Shown one piece after another: positions 17,500 through 25,678 of a stretch of DNA of 41,737 nt; positions within the stretch are counted from its first letter, which is position 1, and every line of letters starts with the position of its first letter. A program made the translations under genes and the position numbers. Below the pieces are notes generated by a model. It was not told the DNA's origin. It made no database searches and was given only the letters and a program-made list of their open reading frames with translations. This stretch comes from an uncultured Ignavibacteriales bacterium. Its GTDB lineage: Bacteria; Zixibacteria; MSB-5A5; GN15; JACZUZ01. The stretch lies in assembly GCA_964516945.1 (NCBI GenBank), contig CAZFAL010000003.1, positions 1 to 41,737 on the forward strand, given 5' to 3'.

Positions 17500-18336
17500 T
17501 TAACCCCGACTCTCCACTGCCTGACGCTCTTTGGCCAGATTCAAAACAGCCGCCACCTGCTCGTCAATTGTCATGCCACTGGTATCGACCCGGATTGCGT
17601 CATCCGGCTGTACCAACGGACTCACATCTCTCCCGCTGTCTAACTCATCCCGATGCGCAATGTTCTTCATTTGCTCTTCAACTGTCGTCTCTGCGCCGTT
17701 ATCATTCATCTCCAACGCCCTACGCCGGGCGCGTTCTTTCAAATCAGCGTCCAAAAATATCTTCAAATTCGCATCCGGAAAGACGACAGTCCCGATATCC
17801 CGCCCCTCGGCGACAACTTTTTCGAACCGCTCGGCAAACTGCCGCTGACGAGCCACAAGCGCCTTGCGCACTACTGCATCGGCGGCAATCAGCGACACTG
17901 ACGCTGAAACTTCGGCGCTACGAATTGCTTCTGAGATATCACGTCCATCGGCGTGCAAGCGCAACGCCTCACTCTCGCCGTCGCGTAGCGGACAAAACTC
18001 AAGCGTCACACTCGCGGCAATCTTCCTCGCTATCGCACACAAAGCGGAGTTATCGGAAACATCTCCGGCATGCGAGAGCGCTTCACGCGCAAGCAAAGTA
18101 ATAGCCCGGTACATCGCGCCGGTGTCCAAATGATAGAACCCGAGCTCCGAAGCAACACGTTTGGCTGTTGTGGATTTTCCCGACCCGGCCGGGCCGTCAA
18201 TAGCTATGATGAACAAATGTACATACTGCTGACCACCCCGACGCTTCACACTCCCTGCGCTTTTCAGTCGCAGAGCTATAGCAGAACTATAATTGCGGAA
18301 GCCGCATATCTTTCGGGCGGTCCCTCCTGTTTGCAA
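17500..18336 (-). CDS. cmk: Cytidylate kinase (true start probably downstream, about 18216-18249)
   Basis: IAIDGPAGSGKST, LDTGAMYR, EGRDIGTVVFP motifs. Confidence 0.95.
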   Translation of the reverse strand: MQTGGTARKICGFRNYSSAIALRLKSAGSVKRRGGQQYVHLFIIAIDGPAGSGKSTTAKRVASELGFYHLDTGAMYRAITLLAREALSHAGDVSDNSALCAIARKIAASVTLEFCPLRDGESEALRLHADGRDISEAIRSAEVSASVSLIAADAVVRKALVARQRQFAERFEKVVAEGRDIGTVVFPDANLKIFLDADLKERARRRALEMNDNGAETTVEEQMKNIAHRDELDSGRDVSPLVQPDDAIRVDTSGMTIDEQVAAVLNLAKERQAVESRG

Positions 18337-18616
18337 CCGTGTAATTTAGCGGACAGACAGCCAAAAATCGACCTGACTGTCCACCAGACCGTTGCGCCGC
18401 GAAGATAAGCGATAAACCCATATTCGCAAGCGATTTCTGACGTTTTTGGACAGTTATTTTCGTCTGTTTGTCAAAATGGACAAACACGAAAATGAGCTCT
18501 GCATTCCACACAAAAGTAACTAAAATGCGGATTCGGTGAGACAATTCACTATACTGCGTTCCGAATAGATGCGGGATGGGCATTTATACATCAGCAAACA
18601 CTTCCGGAGGCGAACA

Positions 18617-19087
18617 ATGCAGATAACCGATAGTCATTCAACAACTTGGAACATATATCTTTCCGGCGAGATCCACAGTGACTGGCGCAGAGAGATAGTG
18701 GAATCCGCAAAAGCCGACAATTTGCCTCTGGATTTCTCCTCCCCTGTTCTGGATCATGACTCCAGCGATAATTGCGGAGTCGAGATTCTCGGCGCTGAGG
18801 ACAAGCCCTTCTGGAAAGACCATAAAGGCGCCAAACTCAACGCCATCCACACCCGGACACTCATTGAACGCGCTGATGTCGTGATTGTCCGTTTCGGGGA
18901 GAAATACCGCCAGTGGAACGCCGCCTTTGACGCCGGCTATGCCAGCGCTCTGGGCAAGCCGTTGATTGTCGTCCATCCGCCTGAATTCACCCATGCGCTC
19001 AAGGAGGTCGACGCCACAGCGCTGGCGGTCGCCGAAACAATCGAGCAGGTCGTCCAAACACTGGCATACATCACACAGGACAGCTAA
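18617..19087 (+). CDS. YtoQ family protein (nucleoside 2-deoxyribosyltransferase-like fold)
   Basis: YLSGEIHSDWR, FGEKYRQWNAAFDAG, HALKE motifs; GGAGG RBS before ATG 18617. Confidence 0.88.
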   Translation: MQITDSHSTTWNIYLSGEIHSDWRREIVESAKADNLPLDFSSPVLDHDSSDNCGVEILGAEDKPFWKDHKGAKLNAIHTRTLIERADVVIVRFGEKYRQWNAAFDAGYASALGKPLIVVHPPEFTHALKEVDATALAVAETIEQVVQTLAYITQDS

Positions 19088-19100
19088 GCGCCGCCACTCC

Positions 19101-19127
19101 AGCAGTTTCCACAATAGCTGTCGATAA
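19101..19127 (+). promoter_or_regulatory. Candidate sigma28-like promoter
   Basis: AGCAGTTT-N11-GTCGATAA versus consensus TAAAGTTT-N11-GCCGATAA; ends 7 nt before ATG 19135. Confidence 0.35.
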
Positions 19128-19134
19128 CAATACT

Positions 19135-20886
19135 ATGCGTCAGACTATGACCTCACAAACAAGAACCTCACGCACAAATCTATCTCAGCTCAGTTTCCGG
19201 GCGATGCTGGCGTTGACACTCATCATGGGCGTCGGCTCCTATTTGCGCGTTATTGATGTCTGGCGCCCTGTCGACGGTTCAGTGACCATGCGCTCGACTC
19301 TCTGGCGCGAGACCGATGTCGGCTCTATTGCAGAAAACTTCTACCGCGAAGACAATAACATTCTCTATCCGCGCACACTCTGGCGCGAAAACACTCCCGG
19401 CTATGTCGAGAGTGAGTTTCCGCTCTATCCCTGGCTTGTCGCGCAGACATACCGGATGTTCGGCTACCACGAACAGCTCGCGCGGCTGTTGTCATTGTTG
19501 ATTTCGTTCCTGACACTCCTTGTCCTGACTCGACTGTCGTTTTTCTTATTCAAAGAGCCCGGCGCGCTTGTCGCCACTGCGTTTTTCGCTGTCAACCCGT
19601 TATTGATATATCTGTCAACTGCGGTGCAATCTGACACCCTGATGTTTCTCTTTCTTTCGCTGGCGCTGTACTACTATCTCAAAAGCGCACGAAAAAATCC
19701 GGACAGCCAAAACACACGCGAGTATTTCATCAGTATCGGATTTCTCTCGCTGGCGATTCTCTGCAAAGCGACCGCCGCCACCTATGCGCTCTTTTTCGCG
19801 CTCGATATTCTGCGCCGTCACGGCCTGCGCAAGACACTCACCGATAAGGCGACCTATCTTGCGATGGCGCTACTGCTCATCCCCAATGCCGTCTGGGTCA
19901 TTCACTCACATCAATTCTGGCTGGATTATCGTATGTCCCTCGGCGTCACCAATGAAGGACACCTCAGCGGAACCGACATGCTCTTCAAGCGAAAATACTA
20001 TCAGGGCTTCCTCAGTAACACTACCGCATTCATCACCAGCTATCCCGGACTCATCGCAGTTTTTGCCGGGCTCTGGAGTGTTCGCAAGTCTCCTCTGGCC
20101 AAACCACTCTACACACTGGCAATCTCACTCGGCGTCTTCTATTTCGCAACACTCTACACCACCGGCGCTATCTGGGCATTCTACTATCACGCACTCTCAA
20201 TACCGTTTGTGGGCATTCTCTTTGGATTGTTCACGCAGGAAACCGAAATGAGAACCGGACCGCAAACTCGTCGGCGCACACTGCCGGTGATTCTCGGAAC
20301 CGGAGCGATTGTCGGCGCCGCCGTCGGTTTAGCGCTACATTTACCGCTTCTCAATACACTGGCGCTCGGCCTGATTACTGCTGCCATTGCCTATGCACTG
20401 CTGGCAATGTTTGAACACTCAACTGAAAGCGGTGACACGAAACGACGGCAACAACGTTCATTCGGCAGAGAGTTCGTAGTAATCTTGATAGCCATCACGC
20501 TGACAGCGGTCGCCGCGAGAAGTTTCCGCCTCACACCGCAGGAGCATAGCTTCGTCACCTGGAGCGCCTGTGCGAAGCGCTTTGCAACAAACGTCCCTGT
20601 CACCTCGCGTATCGCCTGCTGGGGCTCACATTCACGCTCGGCGCTCGACAGGATTGTCGCCTACAATGTCCCCTGGATGTTTTTCTGGATGGACCGCAAA
20701 GGGTTCAGTGTTCCGGAAGACTTTCAAAGCGTCACCACGCTCGACAGTGTGGCGCAACTTGGCGCGGAATATTATGTCGAGTTCCTGCCCGGCGCCGCGC
20801 GCACACCGGGGTTCCATCAGGCGCTACGCGAGCGCTACACCATGCTCGACAGTTGTGGCGCGCATGTGTTGTATTCGCTGAAGTGA
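19135..20886 (+). CDS. Membrane GT-C glycosyltransferase (ArnT/PMT_2-like)
   Basis: Polytopic protein with first-loop WRETD...AENF, EFPLYPWL and ARLLS motifs, typical of lipid-phosphate-sugar-dependent transferases. Confidence 0.8.
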   Translation: MRQTMTSQTRTSRTNLSQLSFRAMLALTLIMGVGSYLRVIDVWRPVDGSVTMRSTLWRETDVGSIAENFYREDNNILYPRTLWRENTPGYVESEFPLYPWLVAQTYRMFGYHEQLARLLSLLISFLTLLVLTRLSFFLFKEPGALVATAFFAVNPLLIYLSTAVQSDTLMFLFLSLALYYYLKSARKNPDSQNTREYFISIGFLSLAILCKATAATYALFFALDILRRHGLRKTLTDKATYLAMALLLIPNAVWVIHSHQFWLDYRMSLGVTNEGHLSGTDMLFKRKYYQGFLSNTTAFITSYPGLIAVFAGLWSVRKSPLAKPLYTLAISLGVFYFATLYTTGAIWAFYYHALSIPFVGILFGLFTQETEMRTGPQTRRRTLPVILGTGAIVGAAVGLALHLPLLNTLALGLITAAIAYALLAMFEHSTESGDTKRRQQRSFGREFVVILIAITLTAVAARSFRLTPQEHSFVTWSACAKRFATNVPVTSRIACWGSHSRSALDRIVAYNVPWMFFWMDRKGFSVPEDFQSVTTLDSVAQLGAEYYVEFLPGAARTPGFHQALRERYTMLDSCGAHVLYSLK

Positions 20887-20934
20887 CGCCGAAGTGGCAT
20901 AATGGCGGGGCTTATTGAAAAAAGTCTGCAAGTT

Positions 20935-20981
20935 GCGTTAGGTCTTGCGACAGCGCTTTTTGCTGTCGTGTGACCTGACGC
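20935..20981. repeat. Long REP-like hairpin between convergent genes (possible terminator)
   Basis: GCGTTAGGTC-tt-GCGACAGC-gcttttt-GCTGTCGT-gt-GACCTGACGC. Confidence 0.65.
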
Positions 20982-21038
20982 TTTCACTGTAGCAAAGTTG
21001 TTACCCGACACAACAATCGATTCAAGTTAAAATAACCA

Positions 21039-21989
21039 TTACTTTACATCATACGACTCAACACGTAATCTCTGTAAATCATCATCAACCCGCAAACGAA
21101 TTTGCGGTGTCAGTGTGTCGAATCCCGGCGTGAGAAACACAGTGCCATCTTTCTCCAGCCCTTTGCCGGTGAGGTAGCCACTCAGATCAGTGGTAATTCC
21201 GTCGCCGTCAATGCGCACTCCGCCGCCATTCGGAAACAGCAGTGACACCTGATTGTCTTTCCCTGAAATCGTTACATCAACAAGTGGTTCATCGGCGCCG
21301 ACTTTCAGTTTCAATCGCACTTCTTCGAGATCAGCGAACAACTTGCGCAATGACGCATGAGTCAGATTTAGCTCTGCATTTGAATGCTTGCCGCTCAAAG
21401 ACACTTCTAACGGTGTTTTTTCCGGCACATCCAATCGATACTCCGGATAGTGACTCGAACTGAATCCATGTGAAGTAAACATCAGCGGCCAGCCACGCCC
21501 GCCCCAGTTGAACCAACTATCAGAGTTTTTAATCTCCAGATCCGCTTCTGAGGACTCTTGTGAAAACTCTACCTTTGGTCCTGCATGAGCGCCAACCATT
21601 TTACCGCGCACCTTATCGCCTGAACGCGCGCGCATGTAGAGGTCATAATCACCAAGCTCCACTGATGCGCGCAGGGTGGCAACTCCGGTGTCGAGATTGC
21701 GGGTGAATGATGAATGATACAAGGAGGTGTCACCACGTTCCTCATGGTATGCCTCAATTCCCACCAGTAGCAGCGCCAGGGCGATAAGTAGTGGTGACAG
21801 AAACGCAAACCCCTTTGCCCTGGTGCGCTTAAAGATCATCTCAATCCCAATCGCCACCAGCAACAATGGCCACAAGGAAATCGCATACAGAAATACTTCC
21901 GGCGCAATCACATTATTGTCCGCCAATAACCAGAATATCCCGAAGGCGATGAACGTGATTCCCCAGCGAATTGAACGCGCCGATGTCAT
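21039..21989 (-). CDS. LiaF/LiaI-like (DUF5668-type) membrane protein with beta-rich C-terminal domain
   Basis: WGITFIAFGIFWLL...LWPLLLVAIGIEMIF N-terminus; ATGA overlap with the upstream PspC gene. Confidence 0.7.
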   Translation of the reverse strand: MTSARSIRWGITFIAFGIFWLLADNNVIAPEVFLYAISLWPLLLVAIGIEMIFKRTRAKGFAFLSPLLIALALLLVGIEAYHEERGDTSLYHSSFTRNLDTGVATLRASVELGDYDLYMRARSGDKVRGKMVGAHAGPKVEFSQESSEADLEIKNSDSWFNWGGRGWPLMFTSHGFSSSHYPEYRLDVPEKTPLEVSLSGKHSNAELNLTHASLRKLFADLEEVRLKLKVGADEPLVDVTISGKDNQVSLLFPNGGGVRIDGDGITTDLSGYLTGKGLEKDGTVFLTPGFDTLTPQIRLRVDDDLQRLRVESYDVK

Positions 21990-22537
21990 GATTCACCTCC
22001 GTTTGTGGCATGTGTCGTAGGCAAGGTTGGCGAACTGTCAACGCCATTTGTTGCGCCGGACTCACCGTTCCTATTGGACGGAGTCAAATCAAGATGCCTG
22101 AGAATCAAATACACACCAATCACAACCAATCCCACCGGAAGCAAATCATCCCAATGCCACCAGAAATAGCCCTTGAGCAGAGCAAATAATCCTAACGCCA
22201 CCAAAGCAATCCCCGGTACCATCGCCGAAATTCCTGATGATTCCTTTTTCACTGACGTACCAGCCCTTGAGCCCGTTTGAGTGGGTTGGCCCGATTCGGA
22301 CGGGTACTGCGCCGTCGTGTCGTTCCCCGTGGGTTGCTCTGTCGACATCGTCAACGGCTGGCGGGGTATGATTATCCAGCCCACGAGATACGCCAACACC
22401 GGAAATCCCAGTCCCAAAACCAACAGAATTGTCGCCAGACGTACAATCGTCGGATCGACATCATAATATTCAGCGATTCCACCACAGACGCCGCCAATCA
22501 CTTTCTCTCTGCGAGACCTATATAGTCGTTTATTCAT
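21986..22537 (-). CDS. pspC: PspC-domain protein with C-terminal LiaF-like TM hairpin
   Basis: KRLYRS...IGGVCGGIAEYYDVDPTIVRL...AYLVGWIIIP; GGAGG RBS. Confidence 0.9.
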   Translation of the reverse strand: MNKRLYRSRREKVIGGVCGGIAEYYDVDPTIVRLATILLVLGLGFPVLAYLVGWIIIPRQPLTMSTEQPTGNDTTAQYPSESGQPTQTGSRAGTSVKKESSGISAMVPGIALVALGLFALLKGYFWWHWDDLLPVGLVVIGVYLILRHLDLTPSNRNGESGATNGVDSSPTLPTTHATNGGES

Positions 22538-22643
22538 CTGTCTTCCTCCTTCGCTATCGTCAGCAAGAATTATTTGTCAGGATTCACTCCTGCCTTTCAA
22601 ACGAAGAATTAGAGAAATAGTTGCATTGAGAGAATTGCATCAA

Positions 22644-22683
22644 GAGAAATAGAGAAATCGTGAATTCGTGAAATCGTGAGAAC
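22644..22683. repeat. Five tandem 8-bp repeats
   Basis: GAGAAATA GAGAAATC GTGAATTC GTGAAATC GTGAGAAC; another unit lies at 22612-22619. Confidence 0.7.
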
Positions 22684-22686
22684 GCC

Positions 22687-22869
22687 TTAGGGGCGTTCGG
22701 GAATGATAATCCAGGCCACCAAATACGCCAGCGCCGGAACTCCGGTAAACAGTATCGCCAGCGCTGTCACCAGCCGTACCATCGTCGGGTCCGCATCGAG
22801 ATATTCCGCCAACCCGCCACAAATCCCGGCAACCATTCTGTTTTCTCTCGATCTATACAAACGGTTCAT
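22687..22869 (-). CDS. pspC: Stand-alone PspC domain protein
   Basis: RLYRSRENRMVAGICGGLAEYLDADPTMVRL...YLVAWIIIP; AAGGA RBS. Confidence 0.9.
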   Translation of the reverse strand: MNRLYRSRENRMVAGICGGLAEYLDADPTMVRLVTALAILFTGVPALAYLVAWIIIPERP

Positions 22870-22922
22870 TGTTTCATCCTTTCACTCTCTCTGTAATATA
22901 TACTTGCAACCTCAGACATTAT

Positions 22923-23594
22923 TCATACAACATCTTCATTAGGATTCACCAACGGCACAAAGCGCACATCAAGCAGTTCCTCAGACAGGATAGTGTCGCC
23001 GGTTGTTCTTTCAAAGCAATATAATCTCTGCTCGGCGGTCCCGATTGGTATCAGCGCGCGGCCGCCCGGCGCCAACTGTTCGAGAAGCGCAGCGGGCGCA
23101 TGTTCCGGCGCCGCGGCGCTGACAACTATCCCGTCAAACGGCCCCGCCTCCGGCCAGCCCATCGCGCCATCACCACAACGAAGTGTTATCTTCGCTCGTA
23201 TTCCAGCAAACTCGTCCTGTTTTGCAAGCGCCTTGAGATTGGACTTCGCCAGCTCAAATAATTCAGGGAGGATTTCAATCGTATACACATTCTCGACCAG
23301 CAAAGCCAACAGCGCGGTCTGATACCCGCAACCGGTTCCGACCTCCAGAACCGAATCTGCATCTGCCACATTCAACGCCTCTATCATCTTCGCCACAATA
23401 TACGGCTGACTGATAGTCTGCCCCCATCCAATATCGAGTGGTGTGTCATCATAGGCGCTGTCACGGACTCGCATAGGAACAAACAACTCACGCGGAATTA
23501 CACGCATCGCCTGCAACACCCGCTGGTCGCTGATACCGCGTCGACGCAATTGACGCTCAACCATACGTTCTCTGGCGCGCCTGAAGTTGTTCAT
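22923..23594 (-). CDS. pcm: Protein-L-isoaspartate O-methyltransferase
   Basis: GQTISQPY, VLEVGTGCGY, GDG...WPEAGPFD, VRFVPL motifs. Confidence 0.95.
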   Translation of the reverse strand: MNNFRRARERMVERQLRRRGISDQRVLQAMRVIPRELFVPMRVRDSAYDDTPLDIGWGQTISQPYIVAKMIEALNVADADSVLEVGTGCGYQTALLALLVENVYTIEILPELFELAKSNLKALAKQDEFAGIRAKITLRCGDGAMGWPEAGPFDGIVVSAAAPEHAPAALLEQLAPGGRALIPIGTAEQRLYCFERTTGDTILSEELLDVRFVPLVNPNEDVV

Positions 23595-23605
23595 TGATCT
23601 CTTAT

Positions 23606-23747
23606 GGACCTATTGAGGGACATTATTTGTCATTGCGGGGAGTCCGGTGACAGCCGGACGACGTGGCAATCTCCCCGCTATGAATCGACGGGATTGCCGC
23701 GCTATCGCTCACAATGACTACATTGCTTTACTTCTCAAGACAAGCCC
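23606..23747 (+). mobile_element. MITE-like element, copy C
   Basis: Ends GGACCTATTGA ... TCAAGACAAGCCC; flanks TTAT/TTAT (the right copy contains the holA stop); core at 23629-23718. Confidence 0.82.
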
Positions 23748-24785
23748 TTATGCAGAAATAGACGTTCGGCGTTGCGGACGCGACGCCGGTGAGTCCGCCA
23801 GAGAGCAAAGCGCCAGAATCAATTCATGCAACGCCGCCTTCCCCTCGGTCGGCCCGTCGGAGATTCCGCCTTTGAGTCCGGCTTCACATGCCGTAATCAA
23901 TGACAGCGCCGTTTCAATTTGCTCAAGCGACAGCCGTCGCGCCTGACGCTCATACTTGGAACGGAAGCGCTCCTTATTGTACGGTAACTTGCGACCGCCC
24001 TTGACATAGTACAAATCCAGAAACCCCTGCCCAAGCCAGAAGAGCACACCGGTCGGCGTGTCACCACTGTCAAGCACCGGCTCAAACGCCTCCAGCGCCG
24101 CAGAGACATTCCCGGAGACAACATAGTCCGCCAGTTGATAGACATTACGATTGACTGTCTCGGACGCCACCTCGCGGACAGTTTCCAGCGTCATCTTTCC
24201 CGTCCCGGCGCCATAGCCAATTAGTTTTTCAATTTCGCAGTTCAAGCGCCCCGAATCACAGCCGGTCATCTCGGCCAGTTCTCGCGCCGCCGCCGTATCA
24301 ATTTCAATTCCGGCGGTTTTCATTTCGCGCAAGACTCGCTTCTGCGCATCGGCAATAGTCAGACGCGGGAATTCCACGAGCGTCGCAATTGGCTCCAATG
24401 TCTTGGGGAGTTTTGATTTCCAATTCGGCTTGTTCGCGGCGCGCGTATAGAGAATCACCACCCGACTTTCAACACGGGTCTCCAGCAATTTCAGAAGGTC
24501 TTTGACCTGTGTCTTCGACAACCTCTGCGGATTGACAATAGTCACAACCGAGCGCTCACCAAAAAACGGCACCGCCATCAACTCATCGCGCACATCAGAA
24601 AATCTCTGCGAATTCAAGTCAATCCGTGAGCTGTTTGATTGCAACAACCCCGCAGGCAGGAATTTCTCCCGTATAAAATGAATCGCCTCATTCATCCGGT
24701 AATCATCATCACCGAAAAAATAGTACACCGGGGCAAATTTGCCCTCAACTACCGCCTTACCCAATTGTGCAGGTGACATCTTCAT
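23748..24785 (-). CDS. holA: DNA polymerase III delta subunit
   Basis: PVYYFFGDD, PFFGERSVV, EIEKLIGY; size of 345 aa fits the family. Confidence 0.88.
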   Translation of the reverse strand: MKMSPAQLGKAVVEGKFAPVYYFFGDDDYRMNEAIHFIREKFLPAGLLQSNSSRIDLNSQRFSDVRDELMAVPFFGERSVVTIVNPQRLSKTQVKDLLKLLETRVESRVVILYTRAANKPNWKSKLPKTLEPIATLVEFPRLTIADAQKRVLREMKTAGIEIDTAAARELAEMTGCDSGRLNCEIEKLIGYGAGTGKMTLETVREVASETVNRNVYQLADYVVSGNVSAALEAFEPVLDSGDTPTGVLFWLGQGFLDLYYVKGGRKLPYNKERFRSKYERQARRLSLEQIETALSLITACEAGLKGGISDGPTEGKAALHELILALCSLADSPASRPQRRTSISA

Positions 24786-24843
24786 GACGGCAATATAATC
24801 AATCCGCCGTCACACTCCTAATCACTTGCAGGTATCTCATTGA

Positions 24844-24874
24844 CAAAAGGACACAGCGCGCCGTGCCCTTTTTG
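24844..24874 (-). terminator. Intrinsic terminator, possibly bidirectional
   Basis: Minus strand AAAAA-GGGCACGG-CGCG-CTGTGTCC-TTTT, downstream of the RNase H-like gene. Confidence 0.7.
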
Positions 24875-24986
24875 AATCAAGCAGTATGTACAAAAACTGT
24901 AGGGGCGTCGTCTCGGCGCCTTGTTTGGTCATGCAGAACACTTGAATCAAACATGGAGTTTCAATTCAAGAGGGCACAACTCAATC

Positions 24987-25367
24987 TCAATCCGGCCGGA
25001 GCGCGGGATTATTATCAGACGGGGTCCAATCGAGGGAATAATGATATTTCTGCCGATACTGAAGCGCCTTCGCCAGAAACGGCTCAAAGTCTTCATTATT
25101 CGCGCAACCGGCGTTGACCTGCTCGACAATGCGCAGGTTCCCGCCAAATATCTGTAGCGACTTGTTACCGAAGAGCTTGCGATTCAGATCCACAAATTCC
25201 AATAGCGCCAATAATGAGGCAAAATCTGTGTGGTCTTTATCGCCTTCGAAGGGGGCTTTGAATGTGATACCCAAATCCGGGATGCGAAACGAGACCAGCT
25301 TGCTTTTCTGCTTGGCCTCGGCATGAGCGCGCTTGTATGATCCGAAGAAACAATCCATAGAATTCAA
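24987..25367 (-). CDS. RNase HI-like (RVT_3-type) fold protein with degenerate active site
   Basis: HTDFASLLALLE, LQIFGGNLRIVEQVNAG and WTPSDNNPA align by eye with RNase HI blocks NxAEYxALIxGLE, IxGDSxLVVxQVxG and WIPRxxNxxAD. Confidence 0.6.
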   Translation of the reverse strand: MNSMDCFFGSYKRAHAEAKQKSKLVSFRIPDLGITFKAPFEGDKDHTDFASLLALLEFVDLNRKLFGNKSLQIFGGNLRIVEQVNAGCANNEDFEPFLAKALQYRQKYHYSLDWTPSDNNPALRPD

Positions 25368-25678
25368 TACTCATGCAAATCCGGCGCCTCGCTGGGCTTG
25401 CATAGCTAACACCTTGGTTTATAGCCAGTTAACCATTAAGTAGACGAGAATATAACCTTCGAGCTTGGGAGAATTGAACCGGAGCCTACTCTTAGTCGCA
25501 GAACTCTGCATATCAGCGAAGATTATGGCCATACCAGCCAAAATGGCGCAATTCCTGCCACTTTGTACCAATTGAAGCTTGACTCCTGCAGAAAATCGTC
25601 GATATTGTTCGACAAACAGGGCATACGTTTTGGAGATTGACAAAGATGAACTTACAAAATGCCTGAGAAAGCCTATCT

